A stretch of 64,000 nucleotides of DNA from Hydrolagus colliei (lineage: Eukaryota). The notes beneath the pieces were generated by a model, which was not told where the DNA came from, searched no databases, and saw only the letters and a list, made by a program, of their open reading frames with translations. The position numbers and the translations under genes are program-made. Shown here piece after piece: positions 35,901 to 49,300 of the stretch. Within the stretch, counting starts at the first letter, position 1, and each line of letters starts with the position of its first letter. Location of the stretch: positions 9,548,001 through 9,612,000 of the forward strand of contig CM068750.1 in the NCBI GenBank assembly GCA_035084275.1, written 5' to 3'.

Positions 35901-38715
35901 AGGCTATGACCTGAGCAAAACAACCCCTTTTAAAATCAATCTAAACCAAGGGTATGTTAAAACAAACATTGACTGCAGCTTTGCAGCTATAAGGTAAACT
36001 GATGATTCCTGTATTGAAGTACCGTAATAGTTTACTACTATAGTCCTCAACTGCAGTCAATATTTGTCAAATGTCCACACTACATACAAAGAACTGCCGA
36101 GTCCCATTCAAATGGCATCAGTTTTTCAACCCATAGTGTTTTTCTAGAACACTTTGTTTGTCTCTGTGTTTGGTTTGTGTTCTCATTTGTTCAGGTGTTA
36201 ACTTTTGTGTTTTATCCGAATCAATTGGAAATGAAAAGCAAAAATGAAAAAGGGAGAAAAGGGAATGTTTCCTACATCCAATGTTTATTTTGTTGGTTAT
36301 GTTAGTATTCCTCCTAATTGCAGATCAAATGGTTAAATGTCAAAACTGGTATTAAGCCCATGTCTTTGCCATAGCGCACAAACCGTTTTGAAGATCTATT
36401 TTCCATCAGCCCACTCCCAGTCATGGCTGCATGATTCAGCTTTTTCAAAGAAAAGGTTTGATGGTCCTCTCTGGCAAAACTGATTGAATGGCTGACATTA
36501 CTGGGAATTGGGGCTTGGTTCAGAGGACAAATGACACATAGCAAAGATGAAAATATGGACAGAAAATAACATCTCACTGAACCAGTCTGGTTTGATAGTA
36601 GATCAAAAGAAACACTGGTAAAACGCTCTATGTATCGCAGACATAGATTCCCTCACCCTTCTCTGGTTGCAAACATTGCTTGTTTTAACTAGTTTGAGCG
36701 AATTACGTATTTTTGCAATTTTTTAAAATTTCATTAGTGTATGTTAATCGCTGCCTAGGGTAAAGCAACAGAAATAGCTATTGCTAAGTACATTGAAGAA
36801 TTGGAGGCAATCACAGAAATTACTCAAGTATTACAGCAGATGTGATTTTGGAATGCAGTCATTTGATGTTTTTCAGAAGTAAGCATCGATTTTTTTTAAC
36901 TTGGCAAGCAAAGATTGACAGTGTGTTATTTTCATCCTTTATCCCCGTCTGATAGTAAGAGAAAATCAATGAACATATTTGCAAATGGATCCTTCTCTTT
37001 TTTTAAAAAAAACAAAAAGTCTGAACCTATTTGCTTGAATAAGACATGTTCTGGTAAAACAGTAATTTTCTTCGGGTTTTATCCTTCAGCCAAGTAAAAA
37101 CCACAGTACAAGGTAATTAATTTACTGCACACATTGCTGAGAGCGATGCCTGCTGTTTGGTGACTGATCTATAGATTATACTAATGACATCAATAGCTTT
37201 CTGACCAAATCTGAACTCAAAAGTCATTTTTATCACCTGTGACAGAAAATTGCCACGGTTTTTTTTCTCCAAAATTTAGCAAGGAAATCAGAATGTAACC
37301 CTTTCAGTGCCACATATGCAGAGTCAGTCAAGACCAAAAATTTTCCCCTAAAAATTAAGCCAAGCTGTCGCTTGACTTGGTATCTTTCCATTTGGCGTCA
37401 ATGGATTATTTTTCCGCATTTCTCAAATTCTAAAATGGTGGAGTTTAATATGCAATTAGTTAATCTAAGAAATCTGAGCAGGGCCTCCATTCAGTGACCA
37501 GAATTACATCACGTACGTCTCGCTGAGCTACCTGCACAAACTCCTTAAAGCACGCAGACCACTTCAGAGCGGAGTTCCTGTGGGTTGGCGTGATTTATGC
37601 CCAGTTTCCTTTTTAAGGGATCCAGTTAGAAATGGCGCATATCAAACCCCACTTTTCAGAAATGATTCAACGAGGTACAAACCTGACTGAAATAACAAAT
37701 GGAACTAATTCTAACTTAACTTTACAAAAGCCTAACTAATAGCAGCCCAACATTACTGCCATAGCAACAGCAATTGGTTGAACACAATAGGCTGATGAAA
37801 GAGGTAATGTGGTTGCAAACAGCGTTGAGGCAAAAAAAATCTGAGCAGCAAAGTGCTTAATCTTAAAACGATAGAATTTCCTGAAACATCTTTAAGATTA
37901 AACGCATTTTAAAGATGACAATTAGCAGATTTTGTTATCCTTATATTTAAACATATGGCCAGGCAATTAGCTGCAGTAAGGATCTGGATTCAAAATCACA
38001 AATGTTAATGTCTTATAAGACTAATCATTTAGCTTACTGTGCCATAGGCAGTTTAGAGCTCACAAGAAGGCTCTGTGCTAGATTAAGGGAGCCAAGTTGG
38101 CGAGCATTGAAAAGTAATTTTTTATTTTGCTTTCAGTGTCTTGGGAACCGGTTTTGCTAATTCATAAAGCTGCTGCCAATTTGGGGGAAAAAATTGTGAG
38201 GGAGAAAGCAACAGACGAACTGGGTGTTGGCATCAAATCTGAAGCGCAAGTGGCCGTTTGTGAGTGTGGCAGAAGGGAAGCGAGGGGATGCCAAGTACAA
38301 TCAACCACATTAGGAGTAATAGCAAAGCTATGGTATAAAAATATGCTTAATGAACCACAATTTTTTCCTTGCTGCCTGAGGTGAAATTCCTGATTAGGAT
38401 TATGAATAAATAAATTTGTGGGAGGAACCTTGAATCTGGCCAAAGGTCATTGCTAAGACAAAACCCAACCGCTATCACTGATAGACCAGATGAATAACAG
38501 GGCATTGAACGTGCATTTGGAACAGTCTCTCAAAGAAAATTGCACTGTAATTAATCAGTATAGTAATTATAGATTAGGTATTAATAGCCTTGAGTGGATT
38601 TGAAGGTGAAAACCCTGAGAGGCTTGTGCCCTTTACATATACAGCATACACACAGTTCTTTAAATATACTTAAAATTATATTTACTAAACACTTATAATA
38701 ATAAAATAAAATGTA

Positions 38716-38828
38716 CATTCTCCTACAAAATATAGTAAATTCCCTTTACAGTACATTCTGTGAAGCACTTTGAGATGTCTCAATGACCCAATAGGGTGCT
38801 ACATCAAATTCAAGGATTATTATTATTA
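38716..38828 (+). mobile_element. tRNA-SINE 3' fragment
   Basis: CTTTACAGTACATTCTGTGAAGCACTTTGAGATGTCTC...GCTACATCAAATTCAAGG(ATT)n. Confidence 0.75.
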
Positions 38829-39765
38829 CTGCAGCATTTTGTAACTTTTCATTCTACCTTTAGAATCCAATTACAGTAATTAATAATCCAATCAGAATCT
38901 TCTACCTATTATATCAGCAATTTTTAAAAAGAATCATTTTAATGATTGAATTATTTACAGTGATACAGATTTAAATGAATAAATTCCCCTTTATCCAAAT
39001 TCAATTGGAACTCAATCCCTGTTCTTTAGATCCATACAACTTCATTCTCAGAGCATGCAGATCTGGTTGCAACTGTTCAATTTGTACCACTGAATTTCGC
39101 ACACCCTATAGCTATGATTCAGGTCATTGGCTCAATACTAGAACTCGGCATGGCAAACCCATATAAGTGGCAAATTCCCTAATCTATTCAGTTGTTTGCA
39201 AGTATAAGTACTGATTACCATTGCCTACATGGGTCACCCATCTGTAACACAAACCGGTAGAATCTCGGTTTTTGTTTACCGTTATTAACAGAATAGTATT
39301 TGTGACAGAAAATAAACGTTACTTTGGTTTGTAACTCGCCAGGTGGGTTGCTTCTGTATTGTGATTTTTAAAAATGCATAGGAGAAATTTACAGAGAACA
39401 CTATTTTACCTCATTGTTTCCTCTATTTTTTTAAAAAAGAATTTAACAAAAAAAACTCCATATGCACTGATTATTTTGCAAAATGATATAAAAATGCAGA
39501 AGATTGTTAATAATCTAAAGAATCTTTATACGTTGTATTTTATATTAAAAGGCTTCAGAATAAAATAATTTGAGCCCAGCTCTTTGAGGCATCTTTGTCT
39601 GATTTACTATAAAAAAGAGACAAAGCATATTGTTTACTTCTCTTGCTTTATTCAATGTGAAGCTGGGGTATTTTCAAATGAACAAATAGCTATATCATAA
39701 AACAAAAGTTCATTTTGGACAATAACATAAACTGGGAATTTTGCATCTTAAGTTTTTTTTAAAAC

Positions 39766-39940
39766 AATAATAAATTGGTCACTCAGTCCATGACAGTTTG
39801 TAGGACAATGTGCGCAATTGGCTGCTGTGTTTCACCTACAAAATATACAGCCAATTAATTTTACAAGAAATTCAGTGAAGCGCTTTGAAATGTCTCGAAG
39901 ACTTGATAAGGTGCTGTATCAAATGCTTGTACAATATTAG
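39766..39940 (+). mobile_element. tRNA-SINE 3' half
   Basis: ATAAATTGGTCACTCAGTCCATG...GTGCGCAATTGGCTGCTG...GTGAAGCGCTTTGAAATGTCTCG...GCTGTATCAAATGC colinear with 60960-61137. Confidence 0.8.
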
Positions 39941-41420
39941 TGTTATTTTGTCATTCCAACATATTTCACACACTCTCTTCTGCTCCCAGACCTACCCCAC
40001 TCAATGTCATACCACACCTGCCTCAGTGTCAAGCATGACTTAGTGTAAGCATCTTTCTGATGTTAGTCTGTGGACTGTAACAAAAAAGTAACTACAATAC
40101 ATCTATCTATTGCTCTGCTACTCTGATCAAAATAAGTACTACTAATCTTATCAGAGAATTGCCTTGGGAAATGCATTCAGTATATGAATATTCACACAAT
40201 CTATGATCATAGTATTGTAATATACAATTGTTTCACTTTCAATCCCACAATCACCACATTTCTTCTCTTCTTTCTCCCAACCTCCCCACTCTCCAACAAC
40301 CCAGCTCTGTATGGACTGGAAAATATTTTGTTCAAATATGAATTTACAGATTGATGGGGCAGTATGAAACCATGTTAAAAAGTGAAAATAAATTTCCTGG
40401 AAAATAACCCATTTGTTGTATGCTTTTAAATGAAAGTAATACACACTTTGGGGTGACGATCATTGCAAGTCAGAAACATTTCACAGATTTAAAAAGAGGG
40501 GCTTTGCCCATTGAATAAAGTAATACTCATTGTCCAAGGCATTAGTAGGTTGCATCTCAAGGGAACTGACTAAGTCGAAAACAATTACTCTAACCTTGGA
40601 CAGACAAGTCTTCTGGTTACATCTCAAAAATTGTGGGTGGTTTTTGGCCACTCTACCTTCATAGGGATATTGAACTATAGGAAGGAGTTCAAAGAAGAGC
40701 AACAGGGTGAACTCCGGGGCTCAAAGCTCCAAGGTATGAATAGCTACAGAGTCTTGATCCAGTTGTTTAAAATGATGAGCAGCACAGTTCATGTAGACCA
40801 TAAACAGCCAACTAAAGAGGGAGAGTAGAATAAGAAAACACAGACTTACAATTAAATTGCCTTATATGGGATTAATGCTTAAAATAATTTGTAGTCCACC
40901 AGAAAGAAGCAGATGTGAAGAACAGATTCTAAAGAAAAACAGTTGATGGGAAATTGCTCTAAAAACTGGATATTTATAATGTACTGTATCTTGAAATATA
41001 TTTTACAGGCTTAGAAACAGAGAGAGGCATTGACAATAAAAACACTGTGATGTGAAGATATGAAATGCCTTCAAAACACCTAGAAAATAAAGTTTTCAGA
41101 GTTTAAGTGAAATCCTTAGTAACAATTAGCAGCAGACCAGATATATTTGTTAAAATTTGTTAGATTGGTTTATAAAAAAGTCCTAAACCTTGTTCAGACT
41201 TCCACCAATCTTACTTATGACAGTAACAGAGTTTCTGCTTTGCTTGGCATTAAAATGCCAACTATTGTAACTATTGTTATCACAATCTCAGCAGCCAGAA
41301 AGAAGACATTTCAGTAATGGACATTTCCTGCGTTTCAATCACTTGAATGCACTGATCCACATATACTTGATCCACTTTTGTAACTTGAACCTTATGAGTT
41401 TGCTATTCAAATTTACATTG

Positions 41421-41530
41421 AAATAACAATAATCTTTACATTTGGTACAGAGCCTTTCACGTAGGGAGGAGGACAGCTCAAAACTTTTCACAGTATTTCC
41501 TGTAAAGTGGAGTGGCTGTTGTAGTGTAGG
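41421..41530 (-). mobile_element. SINE/L2 3' tail remnant
   Basis: AATAATCTTTACATTTGGTACAGAGCCTTTCACG...CTCAAAACTTTTCACAG...CTGTAAAGTGGA is the reverse of the shared tail. Confidence 0.5.
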
Positions 41531-42269
41531 TAAGTGTAGGTGATGAGCATTGCTGAAATGCTAAGAGGTGGAGTTGACAGTGTGAAGATATGTTCAGAAC
41601 TAAGTCCAGTCCTAGCCATTTTAAGAATCCACAGGTAGACATCAGCAATAGAAATTTTGCTTAAACAATGGAGAGAATAACTTTATCAAATTGCAGTAAT
41701 TCAACAAATAGAGATGGATAGGTTTCAGCTCTTAGCCTTAGCCCTAGTTCTGACATTTTGTAATCCTGCACATTTATATTCACTCCACACAGAGTTACAT
41801 GGATAAACATGTGAACCCTACCACTCGTGTCATTTTGGCATGCTTTCACATTGCTCCTGGAATTTTGGCACCAGAGCGCAGTCCAGGAGGGAGTGAATGG
41901 CCACACAACCTGCTGAAAGTTAAACAGAAATATTCACCCCTACATAATTAGCAGTTAAAATTCCCTCAGAAACAGGCTCCAATTTGCAGTAATCTATACC
42001 ATGTGGAAAATAGGGGTCTGCACATTTGGTTTAGGTTAACTTGGGCTGGTTGGAAATAAAATGCCACGGTAGCTTTATGGTTGTGCTTCCTCCAAGGTGG
42101 TCTTGTGTATACCACCAAACTGTTGCCCATGTGTCATCAAAGACATGATGCAGAGCTGGACATAGTAGAACATGTTTGCATGAGTCTGATCGCTCCCATT
42201 CAGTTATAAACCCAAATCTTGCCCTGATGCTAATGGTTAATTTTTTTTAATTCCAAAAGTAATCATGCA

Positions 42270-42541
42270 CTGGCACCCCGACCTGCTCTCTCCCTTTACT
42301 GTTGCCCGCTGCCTCAGCTCGACTGGTTCTTGCCTCCTCCTTGTTCCCTGACTACCATCGCCGGCCGTACTTTCAGCCACTACGCCCCGAAGCTGTACAA
42401 CTCTCTCTCTCAATCCATTCACCTTGCCCCCTCTCTCCCCATTTGCAGGTTGCACTTGAAATCTTTCCACTTCGAATGTGCCTCTGGTCACCTTCCCCCT
42501 CCCCCTGGCTCGACATCAGGCTTCAGTTGTTGTTGTTGTTG
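42270..42541 (+). mobile_element. L2 LINE ORF2 C-terminal fragment with (GTT)n end
   Basis: ORF 42330-42542 contains TIAGRTFSHYAPKLYNSLSQSIHLAPSLPICRLHLKSFHF, matching the L2 C-terminal motif GxRAFSxxAPxLWNSLPxxLRxxxSLxxFKxxLKTxLF. Confidence 0.75.
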
Positions 42542-44821
42542 AATACACTTTGCTCTTTCCTAACGTTTATAGAATTCCACTCATAATTTACATTAATGGT
42601 ACTTTAACCACACCACAAAATTACAGGCAACTTTATCATTTACTCCAAAGTATTTCAGATGGTATACTCAAAGTTTTCTGACACATGAAATAAGAAATAG
42701 GGAAGAATAAAGCACAATACCATTGCACAGGTTCTCATGGATGAGATGTCCAAATAGGTTACAAGTTAAGACTTCTAATGGGTTGTGTAGACTTTTTCCA
42801 CTGACATCAAAGAGACAAGTTAGCTTTGGGTGGTATGATAGTTGTTTTTTTTACTGTGCCTGGTACATTCTGGTTCGTTGAGATCCTTGTCTAGAAAGAC
42901 CAAGTCAATCAATTGTGGTCTAACATGACCCAGCATGAAAGCAATGAGCATTATTTTACCCAAGAGTAAGACTTACAAGTTTCCAATCAGTTCCAATGGA
43001 TAGTTAACCCACTCAGTGGCATCATCATGTAGTCTTTTTAAAAATAAGTTCTGTATGCCTGTAATATACAGTTTGGTATTGATAACAATACAATCTCCAT
43101 GATGTATGAGTGGCTTGGTATTATAGAGTTTTAAATCTTGGAAATGTTGATTTCTCCAAAAGTTGTTTGAAAAAAATGCAGTAAACACTTTGTTAAAAAA
43201 AATCACCCTCCTATAGCTAGCTGACGGCTCGTGTAAGTTTACAGCAGTTCTGTTTCAAGGAAAAGTGTTCTCATCCTCCTGTTTTCAATTTTCATGTAAC
43301 AGAGAACAAAAGAAGAAAAGAAATGAGAAGGTGCCAGTGGCTATGAATGACACAATGGGATATTTTAGAATACTTTACAAGCCTTTGCAAATACTGTATA
43401 TGATCAGGGTGCAAAGTGTAACGTAGATTCATAAGCTCTGTTGTTTATTGAACTATGAAGTGTTAAACTGACGTGTTTAGGTAAGATATGAAGGAATTAG
43501 CATTTTGAAAGGTGGGAATGGGGCTATTAATCTGCTGCTGAAATGTGCATTGTGTGGCTGGACTGTAAATCTACACTCAAACAAAAGCACCCTTATTCTC
43601 ATCCATTTAAAACACAACTGACTTTAGCAGAAATAGAAATGAAAATGTAGCTTCTTAAAATCTACACATTTAAGTATGCATTTAACAAACATGCCCATAA
43701 TTGGCATGGACTGTATAACATAACCTCAATACCATTTCTATCATAGTTAATGAACTAGACCTAATTATGGTCTACGGACTAAAACAGCCAGGTCCCTATT
43801 CCCAAGATTAAGATTGTTTCACATACACATATTGTGGATTGAAAAATGATATAATCATTATCCTGCATATTTTGCTGAAGAAGACTTTGCTAGACCTGCA
43901 AGATTAATGTTGGCCAGATTAAGTGTGTTAAATTAAACAGATCTATCATATTTACTAAAAAAAAGTGACAAAAGCAACATACAATTACAAATGGAGAATT
44001 TTGTCTTAAAAATGAATGCTGACAAGCTTTCATTAAATAGATACAAACTCAGATTCTCATAACTGACAGATATAAATAATCTCGTTTACGTTCATGCCTC
44101 GTATTCCAGAAATAATGCAAATGTGCTATTTTATGAGAGAATAAGACATAATTTTGATTTTTAAAACCGCACATAACTTTCCAAGTAATTATGCCGAGCT
44201 TGTAAATGAGAGTTCCCTGCACTCTCCCAAGCATAAAACAAGTAGAGAAGATGAGACTTATTCTCACTTCATTTCACATCCGTGTAATTGACAACCTCTT
44301 ATTTGATGTTAAATTTAAAGGATGACAAATACACATTGAATCCACACCATTTGAGTCAACATTTTACCAGAGAAAACTGTTCACACATAAAACTGTATTT
44401 CTGTATTAACTCAAATATGTGATAGGAGGAGAGGAAAATGGTAATATCTGACTGCAGAGTTCATAGGGTGAAAATTGGGACCAATGATGTGTTAATTAAC
44501 ACCAGTGTTAATTAACATGTTAATACAAATGTGGCCAGTCGATGTCTTAATTTATTGACTGATCCGGCAGTTTGACTGCCCCCTCCCCAACTGTCACAAT
44601 GATTGGGGCTCAAGTTGGTTTGAGGGGACTGTGGGTTGGCGGAGTTCAATGTTGGCCTGTTGGTTAATGGAGTGTGGTGTTGGACTCCTCGTTATTGGAG
44701 CATGGCTGGTTAAATGTGTGAATTTGGACTGCTGGTTTGTGGCACGCGGCCTTAAGTTGTTGGCATTTTGGGAGATTAACAAATTTAATTGGGGTTTTGT
44801 TTTAAGGGAATTTAAAATGAA

Positions 44822-45006
44822 GTAGGACATCAAGAGAATCCCTGTGCCCTTCTTCAAATCGGTATCATTGAGTCTTTAACGTCCTTCTGAGCCACCAGAA
44901 CAGGCACACATTTAACATTTCATCTGAAGGACAGCACCTCCAACAATTCAGCACTGCCTGCATTGAAGTGTCATCTTAGATTATGAGCTCAAGCCCTGGT
45001 GTAGGA
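44822..45006 (-). mobile_element. Deu-domain SINE fragment
   Basis: TTTAACATTTCATCTGAAGGACAGCACCTCCAACAATTCAGCACT...GTGTCATCTTAGATTATGAGCTCAAG matches 24230-24290. Confidence 0.7.
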
Positions 45007-45994
45007 CCCAATTTGCATTATTATTCTGTAATTTAAATAAACTCAGGCACATACTTAGGCACGTTCATAAATCAATGCAACTGCTCTGGAAATACAATGA
45101 GGCTGAAGGAACGCATAGAAGTGGAACCTTTCAAAATCAAAACATATATTTTTAAAAATATTTTACATACAGTTCAGCCATTACAAATAAGAATTTTGGT
45201 TGAAGGAGACTGAGAAACATTTTTTTTAAATCACTGAAGAAAAAATTTAATGATCAGATTCCTGTAAATGCAAAATGAACGTAACCTGGCTGGATACCAT
45301 TCCGTGCTTCAGTCTGATTTACATTTAAAGTACTATGTGTGACAAAATTGTGCTATAATATGTGAAGTGGCAACACTGCACATTTTACTGCTGCTTTCTT
45401 CCACCAACGCAAATACTAATTACATAGCTTTTGGTGACTTGTTAACGTCAGTTAGTAAAGTGTGAATTTTTTAATGAAGTGGTAACGCTTTAATTTAAAG
45501 ATTTTAAAAAAGCAGTGGATAGGAAATCTCTGCAACCTAACTGAACCCAGCCAGTGCAATGGTTGACTTTAGCATTGCTGCCTGAAAGCACAAAACACAA
45601 TATCAATGTGATGGCACCATGAGTTAATACCTTATTTGCGTTGTGCACTGCCTGAAAACTAATATTACTTTGAGAACAATGGACAGTCACGGTGAATTTA
45701 TGAACACCTGAGGTTTCTGGTTTCTTCTTACATTTGTCTGTAGACAAGTGGAACAGTCACTCACCCACATTAAATATTGGACCCAACCAGGGAACTCATA
45801 TATGTCTACGATTCATCTGACCATCTGTGATTTTTGTGTAATGTATAAACACAGCTTCCTTTCTCCTCTGGCACTTGCACATGAAAAATGCCCAGTTATG
45901 CCTTGCAGTCAATTGACACTACATTTAAGCAAGCTGTTGGTAATTAAATAGATTGAGCCTATGAGGTCAAACCCAACATTATAAGAATACAATA

Positions 45995-46385
45995 GGCAAA
46001 AAGAGATTAGATAAGGTGATCTGATTGAGGTGTTTAAAATAATTGACAAGCTAGATAGGAGCTGATTTCTCTCTGGTGGAGGGAACAAAAATAAGGGGTC
46101 ATCATCTTAAAATTAAAGCTAAACAAGTTAAGAGTGAAATCAGAAAACGTTTCTTCTCACAAAAGATTTTGTCAGTGTGGAATGCACTGCCCCAGGAGGC
46201 CATAACTGTAGAATCAATTGCACATTTTAAACAGAGGTAGACAGGTACTTAGGAAGCCAAGGTAAAATAAACATAATAAGGCTGTTTATCCTGGTATTAA
46301 GGAATTTGGAGATAGATGGAGAAATGGGATTAAAAGATTTGATAATAATGTAGTAAAATAGTGGAACAGGCGGTTAATCTGCTTG
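45995..46385 (+). mobile_element. CR1 LINE 3' fragment
   Basis: Translates to GDLIEVFKI, GHHLKI and VWNALP, colinear with the C-terminus of ORF2 at 56941-58041; degenerate 3' UTR GTGGAACAGGC. Confidence 0.8.
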
Positions 46386-49300
46386 CTATTGCTTGGTTTG
46401 GTTTGTATTACAGTCGATAAACAAATATGTGGCAATCTCTGTTTGAAACAGGGAGTGTGTGGTTAATGAACATTTCATTGTTGTAGCTTCCACCCTCTCT
46501 TCTCTCCAAAACATTTGAATACAGCAGCTCTCTTGCCTCAATAGTCATCTTATATCTTACCCGGCCTCCCATTTAAAAATGGAAAATCAGAAGCTGGCTA
46601 GTTAAGGCAATGGACCTGACCCTATTTTGGACCTTTAGTTGATAAGATTTGTGCTATTATTATTGGAAAATAATTTGATCAATAAAATAAATGGGTACTT
46701 TATTATTTCAGGTTCAGATTTTCCTAACTATGCCTTAGAAAGTGAAGATATCTTACAATAACATAACTGAGGCTACGTTACTGTGGATGATATGCATCAC
46801 ATAAAAAATAGAAATATACAACAGCTTCAATTGGAATGTCAACAATCAACGAGCAAGGCTGATTCAACATGTTTGCAATCATTACAGATAAAAAGTTACA
46901 CTGGAGTGTGTTTACATGAAAAGCTTCAAATGGGAATATTCTCAAACTGCAGTAACCCATTAAGCATTTTGGCATTGATTTATATTTTGAAGAATTAATG
47001 AACTTAGTAAGGAACATACATTACATGACTAGCTCCATAAAAATGTTAAGGCACACTTTTAAGTAAAGTGCTGTTCAATTAGATCGACCCTTTTAGCCTT
47101 GGGCCTATCAGGCACTGGACCTGCCACAGACAGGCAAATCTACTTTATCTGCCTTTCTCCTAATAGTGCTTCATCAAAATCTGAGGACTGGCTGCTGTAA
47201 GAAGTAGTAATGCTATGGGATGCACAGCATACTATAAAAAACTGACAAAGCTTCCAAAGACTCCATAATAGTGTGCTAACCTGATCAGTCTAAGCACATG
47301 AATGTAATTTTTTAACATGCTATAGGTCTGCTCAATTACACACCAAGTGGATCAGTATAACTTATACTTCCCTTCACTGAGCAGTAGAACAAGGGCCGTC
47401 AGCAAGGATTTCAATGCAAAAACATTGTTGGCTGAAAAGTATACAGAAAACCCCCCGTTAGCCTCAATGCACTGCAACTTTTTTTGCATAATTGTTTACT
47501 AGCTTACTCATGAGGATAAATGTTGAGCGTTCTTTCTATTTTACATATCTTGTGAAGAAAGGATGGAAATGGAAGTCATGGCATAATCCCGCAAGGCTGG
47601 TGAAAAATGCACAATAAAGTTTTCATGTTAGAATCAGCATTGGCGGTCTTGATCATTTATGGTGGCTGAATTCAGTGTTTCTGCCTCAACCCTAAGCATA
47701 AATGTTAAATACATGTGCTGCATAAATGGGAAATGGTATCAAGAGCACACATGTGAGAGGAATTATTACGTTGGTGAAAAATGCATTCGTACATAAATGC
47801 CTTCTCTGGCCTATTGCTGCATGCAATGTTTACATCTGCTCTTTTTTTAATAAAAATGCTCTTTGATGAGCATTATCGTTCTGGAATGAGTGGACTCATG
47901 TCATGAACATCAGTTACATAAACTAGATAGAAGATCACAACAGTACTTATTTACTTCCTGTAAGAAGGATTTGTGGTTTCAGAGAAACACAGGACAGTCT
48001 ACTTTATAATACCTTAATTTGCATGCACAAACAAAGTCATTTAGCATAGTTTGATGAGCATTACTTATTGCCTGTTTAGTGGGACAAAGACTAAGCCAAT
48101 TAACCATTTAACAATCATGCAATTGTCCAAGTGAGCAGAGCAGAGAGAATATGCTTTCAGTATCATAAAGATTAGTCTTATGGTTATAGTTGAGTTATAG
48201 GATAAAGTCAATGTTCCAATTATTAAAAATTTTAAATCAGGCACATTGCCAAAACACATTTTCTATTTTACCTATAATAATATAGCACATATCTACTCTC
48301 TAAATTTCATAAAAACAAAGGTTTTTTTTCTTTGTCATGAAAACGTGGAAATAGCAACAGGGTGTGTGTGTAAAAAAAACAGCCTTCTCTCTCCATTGCT
48401 GGCAACATTTTAAAAATTAGGTGAATCCTGCTTTGTTTACATCTGTACAGAAAGGTGTCACAAGCACAAAGACAAAATGGTTTGGAGGACATTTCAGACC
48501 TTGAAATCAATTTGAAGGAAAGGAAAATAAAGATGATGCGTTTTAAGAGGTCTGATGCAGCTATTAGCAGAGATGAGAGAATTTATTTCAGCCTCAGTTG
48601 CTTCGAACTACAGTATTGCATCCAAAATGACAATGGAGTTAAAGAGTTATGACCAACTGTCCACCTTATTTAACTCTCAAACATAGAAGGAAGATTTTAA
48701 AATCATAGCGCTACGAAAATAGTTGTGCACTTTCGCTAAAAGTTGAAAGAATTTTAAAATCTTAAACTGCATAAAGAATAGTTTTAAATGTCTGCCAACG
48801 TATAAGGAATAAGGCAGTTTTGATGTGCATCATTAGTATTACAAATAGAAGGAGGTTGCAAAAGATTTGGTGTAGACAAGGTAAGTAAAGGGCAAGATGG
48901 GGCAAGGATAGCGGTGGATCAATGTGAGGTGCGACTATCACCAAACATTCTTACGTTCTCATTAGATCTCCAGTGATACTTTGTAAACTGCATAAATATT
49001 TAATGTACGAAGCAGGAAAAGCATTTCATGAAAATTCTGTGACATTTAAATATAAAATCTTCTGCTACAAGTGCTGCTTTTTGAACACAGCGATCATAAA
49101 TAATCTTATGGGTTTTTTTTCCCTGAGATTCCATCTAATACTGTCTAATCTGTTTGATGTCAATTTGGGAAATAGGGTTAGCTTCTTTGACCCATAAAAC
49201 AATATTTCCTTCCAGCTAATTCAGCTTCATGCTTTCCAGTCGCTGATAGACATAATATTAAAATCAGACTGAACAGGCAGAATTTATTAGCTGAGGCTAC

